Below, in pieces: positions 1 to 7,740 of a stretch of 16,977 bases of DNA (its first letter is position 1; each line of letters opens with the position of its first letter). The position numbers and the translations under genes were made by a program. Below the pieces are notes generated by a model. The model saw only the letters and a program-made list of their open reading frames with translations, was not told the DNA's origin and did not search any database. Where the stretch lies: positions 1 to 16,977 of the forward strand of contig JAIXQK010000139.1 of assembly GCA_027485795.1 (NCBI GenBank), read 5' to 3'. Origin of the DNA: Oxalobacteraceae bacterium (GTDB lineage Bacteria; Pseudomonadota; Gammaproteobacteria; Burkholderiales; Burkholderiaceae_D).

Positions 1-1
1 C

Positions 2-1678
2 GACGAAGCGCTGCCGCTGTATGAGCGGTCATTAGCGATTCGAGAGAAGGTGGCGGGTGGTGAGCATCCTGATACGGGTGACGGTTACCAGGGTCTGGGT
101 GATTTTTATCGTCAGCAGGAATTACCCGATTTAGCGATCACGTTTTACAAGTTGGCGGTGAATGTGCGGCAATCGACCCGAGAGCGCGTGCGTCGGATTG
201 GTAGTGACGAGTTGGAGAGTTATACCCGGTCGGTGGAGACGGTGTACCAGGATCTAGCTTCAATTTTGACTGAGCAAGGACGATTGGACGAGGCGCAAGC
301 GGTTTTGGAGCTGTTAAAGGAAGACGAGTTATTTGAATTCATTCGTCGCAGCGAGACCAAGGATCTAGTGCGTCACAAGATCCAAACCACGCCCACCGAG
401 CAGGCTTGGATTACGCAGTACCGCGCTGTTGCCGATCGGCTGTTTGGCCTGAATCAGGAAGAGCAAACTCTGGAGAAGATCCCGGCAGCTGAATTGACCG
501 TAGCACAACGGCAGCGCCTGGCACAAATCAAGTCAGACCTGAAGGTGGCCAATCAAGCATTTACCCAATTCATGGGCGAGCTCAAAGCCATGGTGGCAGC
601 CAGCATGCAGCAGCGCTCAGCTGATGTGGAACAACTCAGTCAGACAGCTCAAGGCGAAACTCGCGAGATTCTTCAAGCCTTGGGCGATGAGGTAGCACTG
701 GTGCAGTATTTCATGACCGATAGCCAGTTGGGCATGTTGCTGACGACCGCCCGACTTCAGAAGGCGTACAACACCAAGATTGTCGCCAAGGAGCTTAATC
801 TCAAGATCAAACAGTTTCTGCTGCTTTTAAAGCATCCGAGGGGCAACCCACAGAAACTAGCTGAGGAGCTATACCAGTTGTTGTTTGCGCCGATGGCTGT
901 GGATTTGGCGCAAGCGGGAATCCGCACGGTCATGATTGCCGGGGATGGTGCCTTGCGCTATGTACCGTTTGCGGCCCTGCATGATGGTAAGGCGTACTTG
1001 GTGACTCGCTACACATTGCCAACTTATACCTCGGTGACACGGCACAAGCTCAAGGAATCCTCACTGTCGGTGTGGACGGGTGCGGGTCTTGGGGTCACGC
1101 AGGCGCATGGGGATTTAAAGGCATTACCGGCGGTGCGCGACGAGCTCCATAACATCATGGGTCCGGCGATCCCGGGCGAGATCTATCTGGACCAGGCGTT
1201 TACGGCACAGCAGTTGCAAGCGGTAGGCCGTCAGCGTTTACCGGTGGTGCATATTGCCAGTCATTTTCAGTTTAGCCCGGGGACGGAGTTGAATTCGTTC
1301 TTGTTACTGGGAGATGGCAGTCAGCTGAATTTGGGAGCGTTTCGGACGGGAGATTATCAATTTGGCGGAGTCGATTTGCTCACGCTATCAGCCTGTGAGA
1401 CGGGTTTAGGTGGCGGCCGGGATGAGAAGGGACGTGAAATTGAGGGGTTTGGGGTAATCGCGCAACAAAAAGGGGCCAAGGCGGTGATTGCCACGCTGTG
1501 GCCGGTGGAAGATAACAGCACATCGCTGTTAATGGCAGCGGTGTATCGCAACCGTAAGACGCAAGAGCTTACTAAGATCGAAGCATTACGGCAGGCGCAG
1601 TTGAGTTTGCAGAAGCAGGCCAAGTACGCTCACCCGTACTACTGGGCACCCTTTATCCTCATGGGTAATTGGCGCTAG
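2..1678 (+). CDS. TPR-repeat / CHAT-domain protein (caspase-like His-Cys protease fold); 5' end lies outside the window
   Basis: The frame of the 50..1678 ORF stays open back to position 2. Codons 2-49 read DEALPLYERSLAIREK and continue into VAGGEHPDTG, a typical TPR_12-style repeat, so the GTG at 50 is not the real start. The C-terminal third has the CHAT hallmarks HIASHFQFSPG (His) and LLTLSACETG (Cys), plus the HPYYWAPFILMGNW tail. Confidence 0.8.
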   Translation, partial: DEALPLYERSLAIREKVAGGEHPDTGDGYQGLGDFYRQQELPDLAITFYKLAVNVRQSTRERVRRIGSDELESYTRSVETVYQDLASILTEQGRLDEAQAVLELLKEDELFEFIRRSETKDLVRHKIQTTPTEQAWITQYRAVADRLFGLNQEEQTLEKIPAAELTVAQRQRLAQIKSDLKVANQAFTQFMGELKAMVAASMQQRSADVEQLSQTAQGETREILQALGDEVALVQYFMTDSQLGMLLTTARLQKAYNTKIVAKELNLKIKQFLLLLKHPRGNPQKLAEELYQLLFAPMAVDLAQAGIRTVMIAGDGALRYVPFAALHDGKAYLVTRYTLPTYTSVTRHKLKESSLSVWTGAGLGVTQAHGDLKALPAVRDELHNIMGPAIPGEIYLDQAFTAQQLQAVGRQRLPVVHIASHFQFSPGTELNSFLLLGDGSQLNLGAFRTGDYQFGGVDLLTLSACETGLGGGRDEKGREIEGFGVIAQQKGAKAVIATLWPVEDNSTSLLMAAVYRNRKTQELTKIEALRQAQLSLQKQAKYAHPYYWAPFILMGNWR

Positions 1679-1699
1679 CGAGCCACTGATCGGCTTGAC

Positions 1700-2089
1700 T
1701 TAATTCGCTTGTCCAGAAAATCTTGATGGCGGCTGACCTTTTTTGACACTGTAGGGAGTCGGACCACTGCCATGATAGTTTCCTTGGAAGCAGTGCCGAA
1801 CTTCGTGCCCTAGTTCGTGCCCGTTTGGTCGTTTTTTGGTTATGATAGTGCAGACACTGCCTTGCCAAAAACTACAGGCTTCTACACTAATATTAATGCC
1901 CCCGAGCCCTCTACGGCGACTTTCTTGGTCGCATGCCTGATTGATATTGTCCGCATAAATCCAGGTCAGCTGCACAGTTTCATACTTGTTCTTTTTTGCA
2001 TCAAACTTGGCCATTGGGTCGGCCCATTCTTGGGCCGTAGGGGAGCTTATTGGGATGAGTAGTGCTGCGACGACAAAGATTCGTTTCAT
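1700..2089 (-). CDS. Small secreted HExxH-motif protein, copy A (putative minimal zinc-metallopeptidase-like protein) with a 23-aa C-terminal extension relative to copy B
   Basis: 129-aa ORF with the signal-peptide-like N-terminus MKRIFVVAALLIPISSPTAQE. It has conserved Cys residues and the motif HELGHEVRHC near the C-terminus. It differs from the 5306..5626 paralogue at 22 of 106 aligned residues by hand alignment. Confidence 0.6.
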   Translation of the reverse strand: MKRIFVVAALLIPISSPTAQEWADPMAKFDAKKNKYETVQLTWIYADNINQACDQESRRRGLGGINISVEACSFWQGSVCTIITKKRPNGHELGHEVRHCFQGNYHGSGPTPYSVKKGQPPSRFSGQAN

Positions 2090-2290
2090 GGCAAGTTCTC
2101 AACGTTATGGGTAAGCCAAGTTCATTCGGGCAAGCAACCTCGGGTAATGAGATGGTATGAAATAAATGACTAAATGTCTATTTCAAGGAAGTTACTTTTA
2201 AGAGAGCGCATTAGATGAATTAGTTGTCAATGCTGTATCAGTAAATCGATTTGGCATGTTAGTACTTATAAAACAATTGGCACGCGGACC
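1772..2290. repeat. Diverged 519-bp direct repeat, copy A (318 bp coding + 201 bp upstream non-coding)
   Basis: Aligns colinearly and without net indels to 5309-5827. Homology starts exactly at the last sense codon of the HExxH ORF and ends at cacgcggacc / cacgagggcc. Confidence 0.85.
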
Positions 2291-2407
2291 TTGGGCGGTA
2301 TTGCACCGATGCAGCGGCTTGCCATGGCTGCATAACGCTACTTCTACCGACCGTTAAAAATGGGACGATTACCGAAGCAAATTTAAAGTATTACTCGGGA
2401 TTTGACT

Positions 2408-2902
2408 ATGCGACAGTGTATTTTTTTACTGCTTACATTGACTTGTTCGATCTCGACAGCCAGCGATCTCTGTATTGCAAATGAGAGAAATCTGTTCAGC
2501 TGTCGGCTTGAGGCCAACAGAAAATATGTCTCGTTGTGCCAGTCGAACGCCGATAATAGAAAAATAATCTATAGATTCGGAAGGCTAGGGCAGATCGAAA
2601 TATCTCTACCAAATGGTGGCTCACCACCTCCAAAAACCAGCCACGAGAGGATCGGTCCTGCGATTACTCAATGGGTAGAGCATATAATTTTCAAGAATGG
2701 CGAATTTTTATATGTTCTCTCATCGTTGCAAGGAATGTCGAATTCGCTAAATGTTTATAAAGGGAATAGACAGATCGCCGAAATGAATTGTGAATATCAG
2801 ACTGAAGCAGGTTTTCGTATCGTTGAAGTTTCTGAGCTGCTTAGCCGACTTGGTTTCAGCGCCGAAAAAAATTTTTGTTCCGCTTGTCCGTCAGCGTTTT
2901 AA
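2408..2902 (+). CDS. Hypothetical secreted Cys-rich protein
   Basis: The ORF 2402..2902 has its first ATG at 2408, preceded by GGGA. The N-terminus MRQCIFLLLTLTCSISTASD looks like a Sec signal. Cysteines are scattered through the mature part. I recognise no family. The local sequence is AT-rich. Confidence 0.55.
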   Translation: MRQCIFLLLTLTCSISTASDLCIANERNLFSCRLEANRKYVSLCQSNADNRKIIYRFGRLGQIEISLPNGGSPPPKTSHERIGPAITQWVEHIIFKNGEFLYVLSSLQGMSNSLNVYKGNRQIAEMNCEYQTEAGFRIVEVSELLSRLGFSAEKNFCSACPSAF

Positions 2903-2994
2903 ACACTTATCTAGGAAAGTTGTACAATTTTTTAAATCCCTTGGAAAACGAATTAACGAGAGACAAGGCCAAGGGAGTTGGCTCCGACTTAGCG

Positions 2995-4059
2995 CTACGC
3001 GCAGCCCTCATGAGTCGAGAGAACCGCAGTGATCTTTGACAGACGCTGGAGCTGCGGACCAGACATATTCGGTAGTTCAAGCCGAAACGTTTCGTCATTG
3101 CCCCAAGCCTTACGAACCAGGATGATCACCAGCTGATACTCGTCACGGTTATAGTAGCCGCGGAATAAATAGGCGCCTCTATCAATATACGGACCATCGT
3201 ATCTGATGGCAGGATTTACCAAATGAGGCGATTGTGGCTTGTAGAAAATTCTTCCGAGGCGCTGCCCTGCGCCATCCTCCAAATTGAGGCAGATACCCAG
3301 ATTATTGAGGTCTTGTGCAATATGCTCCAAAAGTATCGGGTCAACATCGGCTTCAACTGAACAGTCGTACGCATGTTGAATAGATAGGTAGCCCATCTTG
3401 TATTTTCGCGTGGGTAGCTCCTCAGTGCGTGCTCTTTCGTATTCTTTGGTTGCCGCGCAAAGGGACTGTAACATTTTTGCATTTATAGAAACGGTTACCT
3501 CAACGATGTTTGAAATCTTGGACCCGTTCCGAACAGTCTCTACTTGACCTGCTTTCACGTCGAATAACTTCGTAGCCATCCCTTTGGCTACATGCTCAAA
3601 TAGCCTACGAGCAGCGATGTCGCGGTCGATTTCGGAGCGTATTTGCTGCTGCCCTTTGTCTATCTGCCGACGGATTTCATTTCCACTCACTGCCCGGCTG
3701 TCTTGCGATGCAAGAAGGCGTCTTTCAATTGCTGTTGGCGAAACGGTTACTGACATATGAATTCGGTGAAGGCCGTCTTTGGGGTCCACGGTCCGCGAGA
3801 TCTCCCGGAAGCTGTCGATCACTCCCCGAGCATATGAGACGTCATCCTCGAATAATTTGTCTTCAACAACCCTACGCTCCGATAGATTCAGCGAGCCGTA
3901 CGCTAGTTGAACCGCATCGCGGAATGCTGCTCGGCGAGCCTCCTCCGCAGTTGTTCCCACACCGGTCACTAAAACGGTTACGTTGTTGAGGGGAATTTCG
4001 GCGCAACCAACTAAAATTGCAGTCCAAACCACGATCAAACAGAACCATACGCGCCCCAT
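2995..4059 (-). CDS. Hypothetical lipoprotein with LPP20/FlgP-like N-terminal pattern
   Basis: 354-aa ORF. The signal plus lipobox reads MGRVWFCLIVVWTAILVGC (L-V-G-C). The mature N-terminus VLVTGVGTTAEEARRAAFRDAVQLAYG...GVIDSF...IHMSVTV resembles the LPP20-type lipoprotein pattern (recalled from memory, not searched). Confidence 0.65.
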   Translation of the reverse strand: MGRVWFCLIVVWTAILVGCAEIPLNNVTVLVTGVGTTAEEARRAAFRDAVQLAYGSLNLSERRVVEDKLFEDDVSYARGVIDSFREISRTVDPKDGLHRIHMSVTVSPTAIERRLLASQDSRAVSGNEIRRQIDKGQQQIRSEIDRDIAARRLFEHVAKGMATKLFDVKAGQVETVRNGSKISNIVEVTVSINAKMLQSLCAATKEYERARTEELPTRKYKMGYLSIQHAYDCSVEADVDPILLEHIAQDLNNLGICLNLEDGAGQRLGRIFYKPQSPHLVNPAIRYDGPYIDRGAYLFRGYYNRDEYQLVIILVRKAWGNDETFRLELPNMSGPQLQRLSKITAVLSTHEGCA

Positions 4060-4077
4060 GATTTACTCGTCTGATAG

Positions 4078-4731
4078 TTAGAACTTATCCGCGTCAGCGG
4101 CGCGCCGCCGCTCTGAGGGCTTCGCCGGGAATGATTGGGGCTCGCTTGAACCTGATTCTGGTCTTGAGCTCGAACCTGAACGATTCATTGATTGGTCGAG
4201 CTGGTCCGCACCAGCCATGCTCTGACGATTAATTCCAACAACGACTTTTACTTCTTCGGACCTCTCATCATAAGAACGCTCAATAATTCGCACACCTCTT
4301 AGGACTGCTTGAGCACTACTTCCAGTCACTTCCTCTAAACTTTCTACGACCTTGCGTGTATTTTCTTTCGTCCAAGATGCGCCCTGGGTGCCAGAAGTCC
4401 GGCTTGCGGTACTGAGACTCTCATCAACTTCACGCAAAGTACGATCTGAACTAGAAACTTGTCGCATGTATCGAGCAATATTGGCCTTGGCTTTTTCTTC
4501 AGCGATTATGTAAGCCTTGTTTATTCCACGACGGTCAGGAAAATCCACTGGATGGAAGAAGGTCGACTTAAGACTTAGCAGTTGTCCACTGGCGTCAAAT
4601 TTCAGCTCCACGCCCAAGCCATCATCTGACACTACGGCTTGATTGCCGCCCTCAATCAATGCAACCCCCGACTGAGATGTTGAGCAAAAGCCAACCAGGA
4701 GCAAAGTAAAGACACAGCGATATAGTTTCAT
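4078..4731 (-). CDS. Hypothetical secreted protein with LPP20/FlgP-like pattern and Ser-rich disordered tail
   Basis: 217-aa ORF ending 19 nt upstream of the next gene on the same strand. Its signal MKLYRCVFTLLLVGFCSTSQSG has Phe at position -1, so it is not a canonical lipobox. AYIIAEEKAKANIARYM...SSAQAVLRGVRIIERSYDERSEEVKVVVGI matches the LPP20-like pattern. The C-terminus is rich in S, P, E and R. Confidence 0.6.
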   Translation of the reverse strand: MKLYRCVFTLLLVGFCSTSQSGVALIEGGNQAVVSDDGLGVELKFDASGQLLSLKSTFFHPVDFPDRRGINKAYIIAEEKAKANIARYMRQVSSSDRTLREVDESLSTASRTSGTQGASWTKENTRKVVESLEEVTGSSAQAVLRGVRIIERSYDERSEEVKVVVGINRQSMAGADQLDQSMNRSGSSSRPESGSSEPQSFPAKPSERRRAADADKF

Positions 4732-4889
4732 GTGTGGTTCTTTCAGTTGATCATTGATCAGAAGAATCTCAAGTCCCCCAAAATGAGTTAAGGTTAGGGC
4801 GACGTCTTTCAGTCCCTAGTCGGGTTTTTACCAGTCGTGCCTATGATTAACAGCTTTTGACTTACGTTTGTGGCTGATTTTTTACGGGA

Positions 4890-5174
4890 TTACTGTGCCG
4901 AACGCTTCGGATTTGCTATTTCGCGTTCTCGAGCTTCGCGCTGTCGTATGGCTTCTGCAATGCGCTTTTGCTTGGCCTCCTCAGCTAGCCTAGCTTGCTC
5001 AACCATTGTTGTATATGACTCGAAATCAGGCTCCACTTTTCGCTCAATTCCGAATAGCTTTTCGACCGTAGAGGCGATCGGGTAGGGCTTACTAGCACAT
5101 CCAGCGCACGTCACTATCATTGCAATATACATTGCAACCAGTTGAGCATTGACAATTGTATTTGGGATTTGCAT
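4890..5174 (-). CDS. Small probable lipoprotein with charged helical tail
   Basis: 94-aa ORF, first gene of the same-strand trio. It has a hydrophobic segment ending in VTCAGC (lipobox-like A-G-C). The C-terminal half AEEAKQKRIAEAIRQREAREREI is a charged helix. The start is uncertain because the SD is weak and there is an internal Met at MYIAMIV. Confidence 0.5.
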   Translation of the reverse strand: MQIPNTIVNAQLVAMYIAMIVTCAGCASKPYPIASTVEKLFGIERKVEPDFESYTTMVEQARLAEEAKQKRIAEAIRQREAREREIANPKRSAQ

Positions 5175-5305
5175 GTGGCCTAATGTTTTTTAACCAGCCT
5201 TATTAGTAATACAAGCCCAAGCGCTTCCACCGGATCAACGATCCCCATATTCATTCGCATTCCATTTACTGACTAGTGACTAAGTTACTTAAGACGCGTT
5301 ACTCG

Positions 5306-5626
5306 TCAATGATAGTTTCCCTGGAAACAATGCCTTACTTCGTGTCCTAGTTCGTGACCGTTTGGTCGTTTTTTAGTAATAATTGTGTAATGATTATCTA
5401 CCCAAAAACTACAAGCTTCTACGCTATAACCGATACCCCCGAGCCCTCTGTGGCGACTTTCCTTTTCACAAGCTTGATTGATATTGTCAACATAAACCCA
5501 TGTTAACTGTATCGCACCGTATTTGTTCTTTTTGGCATCAAATCTGGCCATTGGATCGTTCCATTCTTGAGCCGTAGCGGAGGTCATCGGGATGAGCAGT
5601 GCTGCGGCAAGAAAGATTCGTTTCAT
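5306..5626 (-). CDS. Small secreted HExxH-motif protein, copy B
   Basis: 106-aa ORF MKRIFLAAALLIPMTSATAQE...HELGHEVRHCFQGNYH, a paralogue of 1700..2089. Its stop codon (tca on the + strand, 5306-5308) lies immediately outside the repeat homology. Confidence 0.65.
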   Translation of the reverse strand: MKRIFLAAALLIPMTSATAQEWNDPMARFDAKKNKYGAIQLTWVYVDNINQACEKESRHRGLGGIGYSVEACSFWVDNHYTIITKKRPNGHELGHEVRHCFQGNYH

Positions 5627-5827
5627 GGCAAGTACTCAACGTTATGTGTAAGCCAAATTCACTCGGGCAAGCAACCTCGGGTAATGATATGGTATGGAAT
5701 TAATGACTAAATGTCTACCTCAGGGAAGTCACTCTTAAGAGGGCTCATTGCACGAATTAGTTATCAAAGTCTTATCAGTAAACTGATTTGGCATGTTAGT
5801 ACTTATGAAACGATTGGCACGAGGGCC
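5309..5827. repeat. Diverged 519-bp direct repeat, copy B
   Basis: Colinear with 1772-2290. I count about 28 mismatches in the 201-nt non-coding part, roughly 86 percent identity. Confidence 0.85.
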
Positions 5828-5842
5828 AATCGTCTCGAAATA

Positions 5843-6283
5843 CTATTTGGCAAACCCAGCCCTTAGTGCCCCGCTCGCTGCCTCAATTTGTGGATCGAGT
5901 TCGCCAGCAAGCGTTGCTGCCTTAAGCGTCTGCAGCGTCGTTATCAGCTCTTCGCCCGACGCTAGTTCTATCGCATTTTTTCCCTTGGCTAGTTCAAGCA
6001 CCTTGCTGCCATACTTGACCGAGAGATTGATCTTGCCCGCATCATTAATCCAAAACCATTCCTTTACGCGCTTGACTGCTTCGATGGTTACTCGCTCGCC
6101 AGTCTGTTTATTGGTGACCGTGCGTAGACGCTTGGGGGCGTAGATTTCACCGGCGCGCTGTGCTTCGCAAAGCTCAATTTGCTCGTGGATTTTGGCAGCG
6201 AGTTTATTGCGGCGATGCGCTACTGGCGAGATGGTGCGATTTTTCTTGCTGGCGACAAGTTTTAGTGCGTTGAGGGTACTCAT
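5843..6283 (-). CDS. Conserved hypothetical protein (family I recall from proteobacterial genomic islands; function unknown)
   Basis: The ORF runs 5843..6313. The ATG at 6283 is preceded by AAGGAG with a 5-nt spacer, giving MSTLNALKLVASKKNR...ASGALRAGFAK (146 aa). The N- and C-terminal motifs match a widespread uncharacterised family as I remember it. I cannot verify this without a search. Confidence 0.65.
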   Translation of the reverse strand: MSTLNALKLVASKKNRTISPVAHRRNKLAAKIHEQIELCEAQRAGEIYAPKRLRTVTNKQTGERVTIEAVKRVKEWFWINDAGKINLSVKYGSKVLELAKGKNAIELASGEELITTLQTLKAATLAGELDPQIEAASGALRAGFAK

Positions 6284-6461
6284 GTGTGCTCCTTGTAGAG
6301 TTGTACTGCACACACAAGTTATGACGCTTTTGTCGAGCGGACGACCGGAATCTGCCTTATTTAATCAGCATTTGCCAGATTGCGGTCAGAACCCCACAGA
6401 AATCACATCATGTAGTTAGGATTTTCTTTGGTCTTGATAATTCTGCAGAAACGACAGAAGT

Positions 6462-6725
6462 TTAATATTTGTTGATGTCATCTTCCGTTAGCAGTGTTTG
6501 GTCCGATTTTGTTCTGAAGTACTTGCGAAGGATCACAATCGCAACAAAAGACCCAATAGCAAACACAATGACATCACGACTTAGAGAAAAAGAGCTCGTC
6601 AAAAACTGAACGATCGCAACGCACAGCGTACCAGCTGCGAAGCCTAGGCAAATAAGTGTGAGCGTAAAGATTTCACAAATGACCAGTACGAAGGTCAGGA
6701 TCAGCGATATTTGATAGTACTTCAT
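6462..6725 (-). CDS. Small integral membrane protein, possible NfeD-like partner lacking the OB-fold domain
   Basis: 87-aa ORF starting 7 nt after the SPFH stop on the same strand. It has two or three hydrophobic helices and a short polar tail. The gene order SPFH then small membrane protein mirrors E. coli qmcA-ybbJ. Confidence 0.55.
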   Translation of the reverse strand: MKYYQISLILTFVLVICEIFTLTLICLGFAAGTLCVAIVQFLTSSFSLSRDVIVFAIGSFVAIVILRKYFRTKSDQTLLTEDDINKY

Positions 6726-6732
6726 GACGGCG

Positions 6733-7593
6733 TCACTTTATAAGTTTTTCGATGCCACCACTCAGAGCAGATACGATATCGGTTGGTAGAACAACCAGCT
6801 TGGTATTTGATCCAGATGAGATATCTGTCACCGATTTTGCTTGAATTTTTTTCACCTCAAAGTCGATCGCGCTCTGTCCGCCGTTTGCGATTGCTTCAGA
6901 AACAACTTTGACTGCATAGGCTTCTGCGTCTGCTAGGATCTTTTTTGCTTCAGCTTGTTTTTGTGCGGTGTAGAGATCCGCATCTGCCTTTAGTTGTGCT
7001 GCTTGCTTTTCCCCCTCGGCAGATGTAACTTGCCCACGCCGTTTTCTCTCTGCATTTAGCTGGATTTGCATTGCCTCACGCGTCGACTGATCAACTTCGA
7101 CTTCGGTCACCTCCACGCGAGTCAGCTTAATTCCCCATTCGTCGGCGATATGATTAAGCTCGGATTCAATTTCTGTGACGATCGTTCTTCGATTGGTTTG
7201 TACACCATCAAGGTCAGTTTTTCCGATTAAGCTCCTGACCGTACCCTCGATAACAGTTTTGATGCCAGCCGAGAGGTTTTCGATGCGGTATTTCGACTTG
7301 GATGGATCGATGATCCGGTACAAGATCGCTAGCCGAATATCAATCTGCACATTGTCCTGTGTTATTGCTCGAATAGGGTCCGGGGGCAGTTGGGTTTCTT
7401 GCACCGACACTCGATATCGGATTGTTTCAACAAAGGGTACGATGAGCTGCAAGCCTGCGCCAAGGGTACGGTTGTATTTGCCCAGTCGCTCGACTACCCA
7501 ATTCTCGCTTTGTGGAACGATATTGATCGCAAACTTTAGCGAAATAACAATCAGCGCTGCTAGCACCAGGTAAACCAGTGTTGAAAATTCCAT
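6733..7593 (-). CDS. SPFH / band-7 (stomatin-, QmcA-like) membrane protein
   Basis: 286 aa with AAGGAG 8 nt upstream of the ATG at 7593. It has an N-terminal TM anchor followed by NIVPQSENWVVERLGKYNRTLGAGLQLIVPF...WGIKLTRVEVTEVEV and an Ala/Lys/Glu-rich coiled coil, the typical SPFH architecture. Confidence 0.9.
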   Translation of the reverse strand: MEFSTLVYLVLAALIVISLKFAINIVPQSENWVVERLGKYNRTLGAGLQLIVPFVETIRYRVSVQETQLPPDPIRAITQDNVQIDIRLAILYRIIDPSKSKYRIENLSAGIKTVIEGTVRSLIGKTDLDGVQTNRRTIVTEIESELNHIADEWGIKLTRVEVTEVEVDQSTREAMQIQLNAERKRRGQVTSAEGEKQAAQLKADADLYTAQKQAEAKKILADAEAYAVKVVSEAIANGGQSAIDFEVKKIQAKSVTDISSGSNTKLVVLPTDIVSALSGGIEKLIK

Positions 7594-7740
7594 CGCAGCT
7601 TCTCCTTCGGATTAATCTAAGCCCAATCGCTTCTGGGCTAGTCTCTACGGTCGCCCCACAAATACTACACGAGAAGTATTAGTAATTAAATTGCTATGAT
7701 TTTTGTAATACTAGCGCGTTGGTGGTTAGCACCGTTTTAA

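Noticed and set aside
2938-2974. The inverted repeat cccttgg...ccaaggg between the convergent genes ending at 2902 and 2995, considered as a bidirectional terminator.
   Set aside because: It has a 7-bp stem with a loop of about 24 nt and no flanking T- or A-tracts, which is too weak to call.
1772-5827. The possibility that the 519-bp repeats are insertion sequences or the ends of a composite transposon.
   Set aside because: I see no transposase ORF and no terminal inverted repeats or target-site duplications. The repeats are direct and about 15-20 percent diverged, and each consists of an ordinary small gene plus its upstream region.
5793-6143. 116-aa + strand ORF that starts inside repeat copy B (MLVLMKRLARGP...). 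Copy A has the same start but only a short ORF.
   Set aside because: The shared N-terminus exists only because of the DNA repeat. The remainder is antisense to the well-supported 5843..6283 gene and is Ser/Ala/Leu-rich.
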